A stretch of DNA of 60,521 bases from an uncultured virus (IMG/VR IMGVR_UViG_3300036852_000709). Taxonomy: Duplodnaviria; Heunggongvirae; Uroviricota; Caudoviricetes. A program made the translations under genes and the position numbers. The stretch lies in the IMG/VR virus record IMGVR_UViG_3300036852_000709; one strand, written 5' to 3'. Shown piece after piece: positions 18,227-29,285 of the stretch. Under the pieces are notes generated by a model. It worked only from the letters and a program-made list of their open reading frames with translations, was not told the DNA's origin and ran no database searches. Each line of letters opens with the position of its first letter. Position 1 is the first letter of the stretch.

Positions 18227-18799
18227 GTGACCCAGGTGGCCGAGTCGTGCGACGCGGCTCAGGCGGCTCAGGCGGTTCATCTCAGCGCCTTGGCCGCCAT
18301 GTGGGCGGCGAAGAGACGCGGACTCGGGATCGTCGCGGCATCTGCAAGGCCCCAGGAGCCGCAACGCCGAACGGCGCGCCCGGTCGCCACATCAAGGATC
18401 CACCCAGCGCTGACCCCGGCTCGGGAACTCGAACTCATTGAAGCCTATCGGCATGGATCGAGGACCGCGGGGGACGCAGTGCTCCGAGCGTATGAGCCGC
18501 TCATAACGCACTACGCCTGCCGATTCGCGAGGAGAGGTGCGGAAAAATCGGAGGCGGCACAGGTGGGGCGCATCGGACTCCTGCGTGCAATGGATAAGCA
18601 CGACCGCGCGAAAGGGGCCTTCATTAAATACGCATGGCATTTTATCTACTTTGCCATGGTGAAGGCCGCGCGCCGCTCAGACATCGACAGTCTGGACGAA
18701 CCGATATTCGATGATGGAGATCCGCTCGTGGAGCGGTTGCCCGCCCTATGTGGCAACCCAGAAGAGATACTCATTCTTGCGGAGGAACTAGGTCTGTGA
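18227..18799 (+). CDS. sigma-70 region 2 protein lacking region 4
   Basis: LTPARELELI...AYEPLITHYA...QVGRIGLLRAMDKHD...FIKYAWHFI. Confidence 0.75.
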   Translation: MTQVAESCDAAQAAQAVHLSALAAMWAAKRRGLGIVAASARPQEPQRRTARPVATSRIHPALTPARELELIEAYRHGSRTAGDAVLRAYEPLITHYACRFARRGAEKSEAAQVGRIGLLRAMDKHDRAKGAFIKYAWHFIYFAMVKAARRSDIDSLDEPIFDDGDPLVERLPALCGNPEEILILAEELGL

Positions 18800-20226
18800 T
18801 CCCGCGTCCATATCAAGAACGAGCGCTTGCGTCTATTATCAACTACGCAGTTGCGAACCCGACCGGGCGCCTCCTCGTTCAGGGTCCTCAGGGATGCGGC
18901 AAGACATATATTGCGGCCATGGCGCTCTTGCTACTCGCACAGGAGCAGGGCCTTCGGAGTATCTCGTGGGCACATCGGCGCGAATTGGCGTTCCAAAAAT
19001 ACGATCACCTAATCGAGTGCGGCATACCCCGCGAGATGATTGGAATCGTCGTATCAGGCGATGCCGGCCATGAGCTTGACGATGAAGATCGGCCATCACG
19101 TCGGCGGTGTCTTCAAGCCCAGATCCAGGTGGCTACCGTTGGGATGCTGGGCAGGATCGAGATCCCCGCCGACGTGGTGGACTCTGACGAAGCGCACATG
19201 GACGCCGCCGATGGTCGTCGTAAACTGCGGGCGCGCTACCCCAATGCTCTCCACCTCGGATGGACGGCGACCCCGTGCCGCCTCGACGGGCGAGGACTCT
19301 CAAAGGAGTACGACGACATCGTGGTCGTAGCGTCGCCTTCTGACCTCATCGCGCTTGGCCACATTGTCGAGCCCCGTGTTTTTACGGTGCCAAAGGAGAT
19401 CTTGCCAGACCTCGCGAACGTCAAGCGGATTAGTGGCGACTTCGAGCACGCGGAACTGTCCAAGCGAGTTCGGCGACGGGCGATCGTTGGCGGCATCGTG
19501 GACAATTGGCAGCGCCTTGCAGATGGGCGTAGCACCGTAGCCTTCTCGGTCACACGCGAGCACAGCAAGCAGATCGTGCGATCGTTCCGGGACGCAAAGA
19601 TTGAAGCTGTGCACATCGACGGAGAGAATGCTCCCGCCGAACGTCGGGCTATTCTAGCCGCGTACGAACGAGGCGATATACAGATTCTGTCGTGCTGTGA
19701 ATTGCTGTCGACCGGATGGAACTCGCCGCGCACCAAATGTGTGATTCAAGCCAGGCCAACTCTCAGCTTGCCGCTTCATCTACAGCAGACCGGGCGGTCG
19801 ATGCGTCCGTGGGGAAACGTCGGCGCGTTGATACTGGACCATGCAGGGAACGCGATGCGGCGTGGGCTAGGGCTGCCGACCGAGGAACGAGATTGGCAAG
19901 GAATTTTCCGAACGGAGACCAGGCCCACGCCGGCAAAATCGAGCACAAGAGAATGTTCTGGGTGCCATATGGTAGTCGCTGCACGAACTGACGCGTGCAG
20001 CCATTGTGGTGTTGTGCATGAAAGAACACCGCCTGCGGTTGGTCCAGAACTGACTAGCATTCTCGAGGAGGTAGGAGCATCGGGCAAGGTAGACAATTCT
20101 GCGGAGGAAAGGCGCGCGGCATGGAGCGCAATCCAACAAGTGGCAAGCGATATCGGCGCCGATATGACGTGGGCAACACGAATATTTGACGCTCGTTTCA
20201 ATGAGAGCCAAGCATGTATCAACTAA
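18796..20226 (+). CDS. SF2 DEAD/DEAH helicase with C-terminal Zn finger
   Basis: RPYQ, GCGKT, DEAH, TATP, QTGRSMR, CxxC-CxxC. Confidence 0.9.
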   Translation: MIPRPYQERALASIINYAVANPTGRLLVQGPQGCGKTYIAAMALLLLAQEQGLRSISWAHRRELAFQKYDHLIECGIPREMIGIVVSGDAGHELDDEDRPSRRRCLQAQIQVATVGMLGRIEIPADVVDSDEAHMDAADGRRKLRARYPNALHLGWTATPCRLDGRGLSKEYDDIVVVASPSDLIALGHIVEPRVFTVPKEILPDLANVKRISGDFEHAELSKRVRRRAIVGGIVDNWQRLADGRSTVAFSVTREHSKQIVRSFRDAKIEAVHIDGENAPAERRAILAAYERGDIQILSCCELLSTGWNSPRTKCVIQARPTLSLPLHLQQTGRSMRPWGNVGALILDHAGNAMRRGLGLPTEERDWQGIFRTETRPTPAKSSTRECSGCHMVVAARTDACSHCGVVHERTPPAVGPELTSILEEVGASGKVDNSAEERRAAWSAIQQVASDIGADMTWATRIFDARFNESQACIN

Positions 20227-21239
20227 GCATTGACGAACGAGCAAGGATTGTCGCAGAGGCCATAAGAACAGGATCTGGGAGGTCCGCCAGAGGCATTCAT
20301 GCTGCCCCGACAGTTGTTGCGCTGTTGACTAACGTGTCGAACGGGTTGGCTGGGTGGAGGTTGGGCCTATTTGATTCAAACCTTGGCACGGCTCGATGTT
20401 ACGTAGACACGATGCGAGCTGGTGGAGGCAGACGCGTTGCGCTGTGCACGGAAGACAAAACGCGTCTGGTGTTGGGCTTTGGCATAGGAATCAGCCGAGA
20501 TGAGGCAGAAACCAAGGCTGAGGCGATGGCGGCGCTTGTGTCGTCGCCGCTGCGGTTACAGGGCTTTGCACCAGATGGCCACCATTGCCCACGCAATCTA
20601 GGATCCTACAAGACTGAGGACGCCCTGTTGCGCGGACTTATTTTTAAGCTCACGACGTGGAACCTGTGTGTAATCATTGACGGCGCTACTCCTGCGATGC
20701 GGGCGGGCATCCAGAGCGCGCCATGGTCTCCGCGGCGCATCATCTCCACGGCCCTCGATGTTGTTCATTCGCCAGTTCTTCCAGAGCGCAAGGGCAGCAA
20801 ACCTAAATTCGAAGTAGCAGAGGAAACGGCAGAGCCCGCGGCGCTGGAACTGGCGCAGGCGACCGAGGCGGAGCGCGACGCCGTGGTAATGGCTACGCCG
20901 TACGGCCTGTTTCGAGTGGAAGAAATCATCCATCGGACAGATCAGAAGAACCACCGAAAAATTCGTGCCATCATAGATTGCGTCGTTCGGTGTGAATGCG
21001 GCGTGGTGAAGCGTGTGTCCTGGAAACATCTGAGCCGTGGAGCTATTCGAAGCTGTGGCTGCCTTGCCTTGGCGACGGTCGCCAAGGAATCATCTAGCCT
21101 TCGTGTTCGGGCCATGGGCGCCGAGATGACGATCGGACAGCTCGCGGTGATATCTGGCAGGCGTCCCATTCAGTTGCTGTCCAGGATGCGCGCGGGGATG
21201 TCCGCGGAGGAGGCGGCGTTCGCGAAAGCATCTAAATGA
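20214..21239 (+). CDS. degenerate IS1-transposase-like domain fused to HNH-associated DNA-binding modules
   Basis: TVVALLTNVSNG and WNLC...TPAMRAGI...W match the transposase; CECG...SCGC plus terminal HTH. Confidence 0.65.
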   Translation: MYQLSIDERARIVAEAIRTGSGRSARGIHAAPTVVALLTNVSNGLAGWRLGLFDSNLGTARCYVDTMRAGGGRRVALCTEDKTRLVLGFGIGISRDEAETKAEAMAALVSSPLRLQGFAPDGHHCPRNLGSYKTEDALLRGLIFKLTTWNLCVIIDGATPAMRAGIQSAPWSPRRIISTALDVVHSPVLPERKGSKPKFEVAEETAEPAALELAQATEAERDAVVMATPYGLFRVEEIIHRTDQKNHRKIRAIIDCVVRCECGVVKRVSWKHLSRGAIRSCGCLALATVAKESSSLRVRAMGAEMTIGQLAVISGRRPIQLLSRMRAGMSAEEAAFAKASK

Positions 21240-24200
21240 AGTTCGTCGGGCATCACGAAGCGTCGACCTTGCCGATCAAGCAAGGCGATATTGTGACAAT
21301 CCGCAAGGGCACGGTCTGCCGCTGCCGAGGCGCTGAGCGGGTGGCCGGCCGCACCTACAAGATCAAGGTGTGGAGCATAGGCATCGGCGGCGAATGGGAT
21401 AGCCTCAAGCCTGGACACAAGGGCGCCAACGCTGATGGCGTGGTCCACACTGTCATCAATCCAACCATCACATGGGTCGGCGCTGGCGGTTATTGGTGCG
21501 ACGTCGATAGCAACCTACTGCCGGAAGTAAATAGATGAGCGCGACCGAGGGCCCGTCTATCCCCCTGTCCGCGCCTGATGGTCGCGTGTACGCCTATGCG
21601 TGTCCACGGTGCCATCAGGCCGCGTCCTCGATGTCCAGGTCGGACCAAGGCGATGGGCCAGACGGCTTTCTCGTCGGAGAATCGAAGCGAGGCGCCGATT
21701 CTTGCTGTCGATGCACAAGGTGTCGAGCGCCGCTCAGTGAGCGGCTGTTCGGCCCATGCGCGGCGTGCAAGCCCATCGTCGCCGCTGAGCAGGCCGAACG
21801 GGAACGAGCGTGGAAGGATGCAGAAGATCAACGGTCGAGAGCGGTCGTCGTTTCGCTTGGTTCGGCGAAGAGCGCCGACGCAGCCATAGACCTGCTCCGC
21901 TTGATGCGCGAGATGTCGGAAGACAAATGGTGCGCCGGGTGGCTTGGCGGGCTCGAGCGAGTGCTGTGGACAGCCGTCATCCGCGGAGAGAGCAGTGACC
22001 TCACCGAAGCGGAGGCGCGTAAATTGGCGCGCATGGCCAACGCTGCAGGTGGTTGGTGGTTCTGGGACGATGCGCTATGCGGCGAGAACTTCGTTGCGAT
22101 GGACGCGTGGTTGAAGATGTTCGGCACCGATGATCCGGTTGTGCGGACAGTGTTGGCGGTCCTGAGCGTGCTGATTGGCGGCTTGGCGACGGGCGCGACG
22201 TTCACGTCGACCGAATACGCGGCCGGCTATGCAGCGCACGGATGTGTCGATAAAGTGATGGGAAGATGAAGGAATGAGCGTCTATCGCGATCCGCCGCGG
22301 CGCGCTGAGAAACTTGAGACGTGGTTGACCAGTTGGTCCAGAAGGACGATACAAATGGCGAAACTCGGTGTGGTGAAGGGCTTAAAGGCAGCAAAGGAGG
22401 TCGGCTTGGTTACCTTTGGAGCACTGGCCGGCGCGGTTATCGGGGAAGGGTACCGGACTGGGATCGCGGCGCTGGCAGTGTGCATCGCGGCCGGCTGTGT
22501 CATCACCTGGATCGCCGGAACAATCGCGGAGGACTGATGAAAAGCGAGGCTGCATGTAGGAAGGACGAGTATCCCGATATCACTCACGCTGATGTCAAGA
22601 TGGGGCTTCACGTTGTGCGCTGGCGACGATGCAAGCAGACGGATGCGTGGCGCTTCCAGATTGCTAAGGTTACCAATCTCGGGCAGTTGAATAACACATC
22701 TGGCCAGGAGGCAGAACTTCAGGACCTCGTGACGGGGCGAAAGACAACCGTTAGCATTGCCACGCTGTGCGCGAAGTTCTCGCGCTATGTCGAGCCGAAG
22801 AGCAAGGCGGTGGCTGCGCCACCTGCGCTCGAGCCAAGCGCTGGCTTTCAGGAGGCGACGTTCGCGACCGCATCAGCGGGAGCGCGGCCAGCGGATCCCG
22901 ATGCTGACGACCCGCTGGTAGGCGGGCGTGGACTGAATATCGGCGGTGTGCGCTTGCGATATGTGACGGATGGAAGCAACGGCAACGGCGCCAATGGGAC
23001 GCACAGCGGGCCAGGTGTGGAGTATGCGCGTCCACACGACGGGCAGCTCAGTCTCGAGGATGCCTATGAGCGCCGTGTAGTAGCGGCGGCAGAGAAGGCT
23101 GCCGAGACGAAGTTTAGAAAGCTGATGGCCGAATTCATGGGCGGTGCAGGACAGAAATGTGGGTGGTAGCGTTGTTCGCGGTTCTGGGCGTGGTTGGATG
23201 TGCGACGACAGAACCGGTTGCGGTTGAGCATGACGCGTCAACGGCAGTCGTTCAGGCTCCACCGTGCATCCACGAGGTGTGCGCGGAGCGTCCAGTGGCG
23301 CTGGTGGGAGTGGGGTCCTCCAGCTATAGTGGTTTTAGCCGATACAGCATCAAATACGAGCACCATTGCACGTGTGATCGGTGGGGCGTTCCAAGCGCAG
23401 ATGATGCCGGAGTAGAGGGCAAGTGAAGGCGGCGAGTTTCGCGCAGGCGCCGCTATTCGCTGCCGGCGCAACCACAGCCTGTTCTAGGTGCGGCGAGCCA
23501 TGCAAGGTCGCCGATGCGAAGAATCCAGACGCCCGTCTGCTCCGTCATGCGGCCGTGCCCGTCGGACAGTGCGCCAACTGCGCGACGGCAGAGGTTTTCT
23601 TCGTGCTCGGCCTTCGAGGCTTGGTCAAAGACGTCAAGACGCTGCTGCTCCCGCACGTTCAGGCGCAATTCGTCGCAGTGATGAAGTCTGGAGGTGCGGA
23701 CGCTAACCCGTCTGAACTAGATTGGGCCAAGATCGCCAGGTGGTGGGATCTGCCATTCGCTGGACCACGCGGGAGACCGGTCATCCCGTCGCCCGCTAGC
23801 AAGGCGAGTGGCAACATGGACCCACCGGATCTGCGACGAATGGCGAGGGCGAGATGAGCGGACTAGCCTTCGAACTTTATCAATCCCACGTGCGAGGGTT
23901 CTCGGACGGTGCGGGGCGCAAGTTGGTCCGTAGGGAGTACGAGAACCACCAAACGCGGCCAGACTTGAAGAAGGCCTATCTCGACGCTTATGTGCTCGGC
24001 CAGAAGGCGCTGAACGATAGCGCGAAAGCGTACGCCGCCGCGGTCGGTTATGAGCCAACGATTCTCCGAACGCAGGAAGGGGGCCACGATAAAAAGCCCG
24101 GCAACGCGGGCGGGGATGTTCCGCGTGCCGGGCAAAGCGGTCGGAAGGAGAAACCGAGCGCGGGCACCATGTATCGCGACGATCCAAGATCGTCAAGGAG

Positions 24201-24255
24201 TTTGAATGCCTGCGATGAAACTGAGCCCGGATGCGAGGCAGCGCAACGCGGATAG
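21236..24255 (+). other. cluster of hypothetical genes including one lipoprotein
   Basis: 21236-21538, 21535-22269 (Cys-rich), 22274-22537 (TM), 22537-23169, 23157-23426 (lipobox VVGC), 23423-23857, 23854-24255. Confidence 0.7.
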
Positions 24256-24928
24256 CCTGCGCGAATACTTCACCACGGACGGCGAATGTGGGGCACTTCG
24301 GAGCATCCACGGTCCGCTCGTCGACATGGCCGCATCGGGTGGCGGAGGTGGTGGCTACCGAGATCCAGAGAGCCTGGTGACTGGCCGGCGGTTCGGTAAG
24401 AATGGGCTCGTTGGGCGCCACGCGGATGTGCGCCGAGCGCTCAAGGCCATGGTCGCCGCTGGCCCCATCGGCGGGCTCCACGTGGGTGTCCTCCGGCAGG
24501 CTTATGGCGTCTGCCGGCGATGGACCACGACGCAGGTGATGACGTCGCTCAAGCCCCTCGTGCACAAGACATGCGGCGACGAGCGCAACGTTGCCGTGCT
24601 GACCAACCGCGTGCAGTGCGGCATCTTGAACGACGAGATCGCAGAGGAGCGTGTCCAGGACCTGACCGACGAGGGCCGCAAGCCAAAGCGCAAGCGGCAG
24701 CGTAGTACGGGCGTGATCGTTTGGCAGCCCCCGAGCGCAGTCTACAACGACGGCACGATGGAAGTGATCATCAGCGAGGCAAAGATGCTCCTCGAGCAGG
24801 CGCACGCCGCTTACGCGCTTGCATCCGGTGAGTTCGATCCTGAGCACGTCGAGCCCAAGAAGCGACGACCCAAGCGGCCAACCTCGACCGCATGGCACGC
24901 GCCCATGCCCGACCTCGGAGGGCTGTGA
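24206..24928 (+). CDS. hypothetical protein, positioned like a late regulator
   Basis: AAGGAG RBS; precedes packaging genes. Confidence 0.6.
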   Translation: MPAMKLSPDARQRNADSLREYFTTDGECGALRSIHGPLVDMAASGGGGGGYRDPESLVTGRRFGKNGLVGRHADVRRALKAMVAAGPIGGLHVGVLRQAYGVCRRWTTTQVMTSLKPLVHKTCGDERNVAVLTNRVQCGILNDEIAEERVQDLTDEGRKPKRKRQRSTGVIVWQPPSAVYNDGTMEVIISEAKMLLEQAHAAYALASGEFDPEHVEPKKRRPKRPTSTAWHAPMPDLGGL

Positions 24929-25476
24929 TGGAGCCCGTCAAACCGCTCGTCATCCTCGAGGACATCGACGCCAAGATTCGCGTTCTCCGCTACCCTCACA
25001 AGAGCAAGGCCACAGGGAGCGGGGTCGCTGAGCACGTTCGGATCAGCGACCTCGAGAAGGAGCATAGCTATCGCTACCAGGTTGAGATCCTTGACGGCAG
25101 CGATTTCATGGGCTGCCCGCGATGGGTGGCAGCGTCGATCACCCCCGACCGGTTCGGCGATGGCCTCAAGGTCCTCGAAGGGTGGAAGACGATCGCGTCC
25201 TCACTCGGCGTGTCGGTCACCACCGCTAAGGAGTACGCGCTCCGTCAGCCATTCCCGCTCCCCGTGCGGTACGACCATGCTCGCAAGCCATGGGTGCATG
25301 ACGTCATCGTGAGAGCTTGGCGATCGATGCACTCACGGCCCGTCGTAGATGTTCCGCAGCCTGTCGAACATCGAGGGCGTCGTAGGGCACTCAAGACTGC
25401 GGTTCTTCTGAACGTCAAACCATCCAACAGGAAGTCCAGAAGTGCGCGCGCGAGACAGATACACCAACGGTCATGA
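24928..25476 (+). CDS. HTH DNA-binding protein
   Basis: LEGWKTIASSLGVSVTTAKEYA. Confidence 0.6.
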   Translation: MEPVKPLVILEDIDAKIRVLRYPHKSKATGSGVAEHVRISDLEKEHSYRYQVEILDGSDFMGCPRWVAASITPDRFGDGLKVLEGWKTIASSLGVSVTTAKEYALRQPFPLPVRYDHARKPWVHDVIVRAWRSMHSRPVVDVPQPVEHRGRRRALKTAVLLNVKPSNRKSRSARARQIHQRS

Positions 25477-25635
25477 TGTTGTCCAACCCCTCAAGTGCCG
25501 CTTTTGGCAAGACTGTGAACGCGGTCATGCACTGCTCAATTCGGCGCCGGATCAAGAGCGTAATTTACGGCAATCCGACGAACGCCGTTAAGGACAACGC
25601 CCGCCAAAGAAGTACGTTGTGGCTATCCTCGGCAC

Positions 25636-25663
25636 GTGACGCGCGTACGCCCGTGGCTATAGT
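25636..25663 (+). promoter_or_regulatory. candidate promoter upstream of terS
   Basis: GTGACG-N16-TATAGT preceded by TGGC. Confidence 0.5.
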
Positions 25664-25695
25664 TGGATGCTCAACGCGCGTAGGCGTGTTGTAAA

Positions 25696-26112
25696 GTGTC
25701 TGCAGTAGGGGCGAGCCCAAGCCCGGTAGTCGAAGAGAAGATCGTCCACATCATGGAGTTGATCTCGCGCCGGGAGTGGCGAACGGGCTACACCCCGCGG
25801 GAACTGGCGCAGGAGTGGGGCATAGGCGTTCAGCGGGTGTACATCTACATCACGGAGGCGAATCGCCGGCTTCAAAGTGAGTTCGCCGCACGTAGCGCAG
25901 ATGCCGTGTTTCGGACGCTCCGCACGGTTGCCAAGAAGGGCAAGGCGGGCATGATGCCTGGTGATCTGAGCGCAGCGGTGCAGGCTGCCAAGGTGCTTGC
26001 GGACATCAGCGGGTTTGCCGAGAACGCTAAGTCGTTCGGCCCTCAGCAAGAGAAGACCGAGGACGGCAAGCCTACGATCAACATCCACTATCACAACACG
26101 AAGGCGGAGTGA
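25696..26112 (+). CDS. putative terminase small subunit
   Basis: N-terminal HTH, C-terminal TINIHY strand, upstream of TerL. Confidence 0.65.
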   Translation: MSAVGASPSPVVEEKIVHIMELISRREWRTGYTPRELAQEWGIGVQRVYIYITEANRRLQSEFAARSADAVFRTLRTVAKKGKAGMMPGDLSAAVQAAKVLADISGFAENAKSFGPQQEKTEDGKPTINIHYHNTKAE

Positions 26113-26517
26113 GTGACGGAAACAGAGGACAGGCGGCAGGCAACGTTCGCGGCTGCGGGGCTTACCGATGGTAAGGTTGCATTGACGAGAGATGCTCTCA
26201 TCATGGCGACCGCCAAAGGAGCGAACATAGCATTTAGCCTTCTCGGCGATGGCGAGTTTGACGAAGGGCGCTCTCAAATGATCCACATTCCAGTTGGGTT
26301 TGACGTTGCAACTGGGTCGTGTGGCGAGCGGATCGTCAGAGAGGCGTGGGCACTCGGGCTCACCGTTCAGGCAGAAGAGCGTGACCGTGCGACAGTAAAG
26401 GCGATTGATGTGCTCAGAGAGTCTCGCCCCCAGATCGCGGACAACGCCGGTTTTCTCCAGCGCACGGCAGACCTGATGCAGAAGTGGGCGCGTCCGTCTG
26501 GACATCTACCTAAATAA
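26113..26517 (+). CDS. hypothetical protein
   Basis: ORF between terS and terL. Confidence 0.6.
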   Translation: MTETEDRRQATFAAAGLTDGKVALTRDALIMATAKGANIAFSLLGDGEFDEGRSQMIHIPVGFDVATGSCGERIVREAWALGLTVQAEERDRATVKAIDVLRESRPQIADNAGFLQRTADLMQKWARPSGHLPK

Positions 26518-27901
26518 ACCGCAGTCCCTCGCACACGCAGCGTATCAGCCTGGTAACACGACGACGATCCCATGGGGCCGTGGTGTAGGCAAAACGTGGT
26601 TCATTGAGCAGTCGTGGTACGAGCAGATCGCTCGCTACGACGGCACGGTACGCGAGGGCACGAACGACGGCCTTCGGTACAGGCAGCGTGGCGTGCGCAT
26701 CGTGCACCTCATGCCGACGTTCAAGGCGTGTAGGGACATTTATCAATCTCGTGTTGAGAGCAACCTGCTCAACCCGCCAACAGACGACCTGCACCCGAAC
26801 TGGCACTGGCTCGGCGCATCGGTCGACCGCACGCGGTGGAAGTTTTCGTTCCCAGGCGGGTCGTGGCTGCATTGGTTTGGCGCCAGAGAGGCGGACGCGT
26901 CGCGTGGCCTTCGCGTCGATATCGTCACTCTCGATGAGGCCGACGGGATCGACACACACACACTCGACGGGATCATCAAGCCGTGGTTCTCAGAGCCGTG
27001 GTCGCTGCGCATGCTTCTCATCGGCGGCACTCCCCTCCACGGACGATACGGTCTCCTGTACCGCTCGCACAAGGAAGGCCTCGACGGGGCTCGTTTGCGC
27101 GAGGCGGGCGACACGGAAAACAAGCTAGCGCGGAAGTACTCCTTTCACGCGAGCTACGAAGACGCGCCGGAAACGGTTGACCAAGCGTACGTAGCGGCGG
27201 TCAAAGCCGACACCCCGGCCGAAGTCTTTGACCGCGAGTGGCGATGCTCGTTCGACTCAGGCGAGGGGCTGGTCTATCCGATGTTCCGCGAAGATTTCCA
27301 CGTGCGCGAGCCGCATTGGAACACGGCGTGGAGCGAGATCGGTGTGGGCGTTGACTTCGGGTGGAGCGACGCTGGGGTGTATCTGATCTTCGGCGTGCTT
27401 GGCCACGGGCGCGACGCAACGGCGTGGGCGCTCGATGAGGTGTACGAAACGCAGAAGGCGCCGTCGTGGTGGCAGGATCAAGCAAGGCGCATCCAGGTGC
27501 AGCCACGCTACGCCAACGCTCGGTGGTTCGCCGATCCGTCTCGACCTGAAGCGATCGCGGACCTACGGCGGCTATGCAACGTTCGCATCGAGGCGTCGGT
27601 CAAGCATGAGATCGAAGATGGCGTGATGGCCGTCGCGGACAGGCTCATCATTCGCCAGTCCGATCCGGACGACGACAAGACGAAGTACTCTCGGTTATAC
27701 GTCTCGCCGAAGTGCAAGAACTTCATCCGCGAGATGGGGTTGTACCGACGCAAGCGAGATTCGAAGAACAAGGATCTTGTACTCGATGAGATTGAGGACA
27801 AGCACAATCATTGCGTAGATTCTGCACGTTATTGGCTCTTCTCCCGCTTCGGAGGCCCGCCGCGAACGGTGACTGGGAGCGGGGCGGGGTACGAGCGCTG
27901 A
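26498..27901 (+). CDS. terL: terminase large subunit; start uncertain (CTG 26498?)
   Basis: in-frame Walker A WGRGVGKT upstream of 26693, VTLDEA, GGTP, GVDFGW, NHCVDSARY. Confidence 0.9.
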   Translation: MDIYLNKPQSLAHAAYQPGNTTTIPWGRGVGKTWFIEQSWYEQIARYDGTVREGTNDGLRYRQRGVRIVHLMPTFKACRDIYQSRVESNLLNPPTDDLHPNWHWLGASVDRTRWKFSFPGGSWLHWFGAREADASRGLRVDIVTLDEADGIDTHTLDGIIKPWFSEPWSLRMLLIGGTPLHGRYGLLYRSHKEGLDGARLREAGDTENKLARKYSFHASYEDAPETVDQAYVAAVKADTPAEVFDREWRCSFDSGEGLVYPMFREDFHVREPHWNTAWSEIGVGVDFGWSDAGVYLIFGVLGHGRDATAWALDEVYETQKAPSWWQDQARRIQVQPRYANARWFADPSRPEAIADLRRLCNVRIEASVKHEIEDGVMAVADRLIIRQSDPDDDKTKYSRLYVSPKCKNFIREMGLYRRKRDSKNKDLVLDEIEDKHNHCVDSARYWLFSRFGGPPRTVTGSGAGYER

Positions 27902-28065
27902 ACTTACCTCGTCCTACCGCGAAGGATGATTTCTAGCCTGCTTTCTGCGCGCAGATCCCCCGCGTCGCGCGCGATCGAGATCCTCCAGTTCTTCACCAGA
28001 ACTCACGCCCTTCGCTCGCCATTCCCCACCACACAGCGACGAGCTTATCATGCCCGCCCATCGTG

Positions 28066-29250
28066 CTAAACGTCCCGCCCGTTCACGCGGACAAGCGAGG
28101 ACTGACCCACCTCGTTGGAGTGCTCTCGTTCGGCCCCGCATTTAGAGCATCGTGAGGATGTTATGGTTGTGACCAATGTGGTCGCGTAGACACGATCTTC
28201 GGTGACATCGTGGCGCCTCCCAGCGGAGTCGTACCAGTCGTCTACCTTCACGGTGACCAAAGATTGGCCGCCATTTCGTTCTGTGGTGCGCCTGTCACCC
28301 AATATCCAAGCGTGTTGGCCTGAGGGGCACATCGACGATACGAACTTGACCGCATGCCCAAGACAAAGGTCAATGGGCCCCATCTCGGAGATGGTTGTTG
28401 ATCCGTAGCCTGGATGGTCCGCGCTCGGTGGACATAGCGGGAATGGATTATTCACCAATCACCTCCATCGTTCGGAATGTCGACCGTCGCAAGCAAGTAG
28501 TCTAGGTTGACCCCGCCGTCTGCGATGGTTCCGTGGTCCATCACGCGCTCACCGTTTTCGCCAGTTTGCATCACATGTAGGTTGCCGCTCGCCGAGAACA
28601 GCCAGAGCGACTTCGGCCAGCGCTTGGCAAGGCGCTTCAGCGCGCGGATGGCGCTCAGCTCCTCAGGCGTTGGGATAAGGCTCGCGGTCATAGCGAGATC
28701 TTGGTGATAGTCCTAAGCGCGTGCTCAATGGCGTGTTGCTGTGCCGTGTGCCAGCGCCTGTCATCCGCGCAGGTGGCCAATTCTACCTGCAAGCGCGAGT
28801 TGACCAGTTCCGCCCGCAGCGCCTCGAGGCACTCTTCCTTCATCGCGCGGCGACCATCGAATTTCTTGTACATAGCCCGCCCCTCGTTAGCCGGTCGCGT
28901 CACGGCATCACCTTGCCCGCAAGAACGTCGGCCAGTGCTTCGACGAGCCCATCATCTGCGTCTTGCGTTCCCATGGCGCGAAGGACGCGACACGCATGCT
29001 CGGACCACGACAGTGCAATGATCGTGGCGCAACCATAATCCGGCCACATCTCGCGCAGTCGGCCGGCTCCCATGAGCTTGTTCACAACCTCGAGGATCGG
29101 CTCCTGATGTGAGCCATCTTCTTCCTCGATACCAATCTCTCGCGCGAGGATGTCAGGCCAGTTGTCGGCCATGTCGTCATCTTGATCGAGATCAAACCCG
29201 TCCGGAAAACGTTTCGCAATGGCGTTGGTCACAGCGTCGTCGGTCAGCAT
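28066..29250 (-). other. antisense block A (4 small genes)
   Basis: 28066-28458, 28452-28691, 28688-28903, 28900-29250. Confidence 0.7.
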
Positions 29251-29256
29251 TTATCA

Positions 29257-29285
29257 ACCATAAGCATCGCGAACGCCACATTCAA
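29257..29285 (-). promoter_or_regulatory. block A promoter
   Basis: TTGAAT-N17-TATGGT-N6-ATG; TGCT before -10. Confidence 0.75.

Noticed and set aside
18253..18279. GCGGCTCAG short tandem repeat
   Set aside because: Only encodes low-complexity AQA repeats; too short to interpret
27902..27910. ACTTACCTC after terL, complementary to the sRNA loop
   Set aside because: A 9-nt match is expected by chance in a window this size
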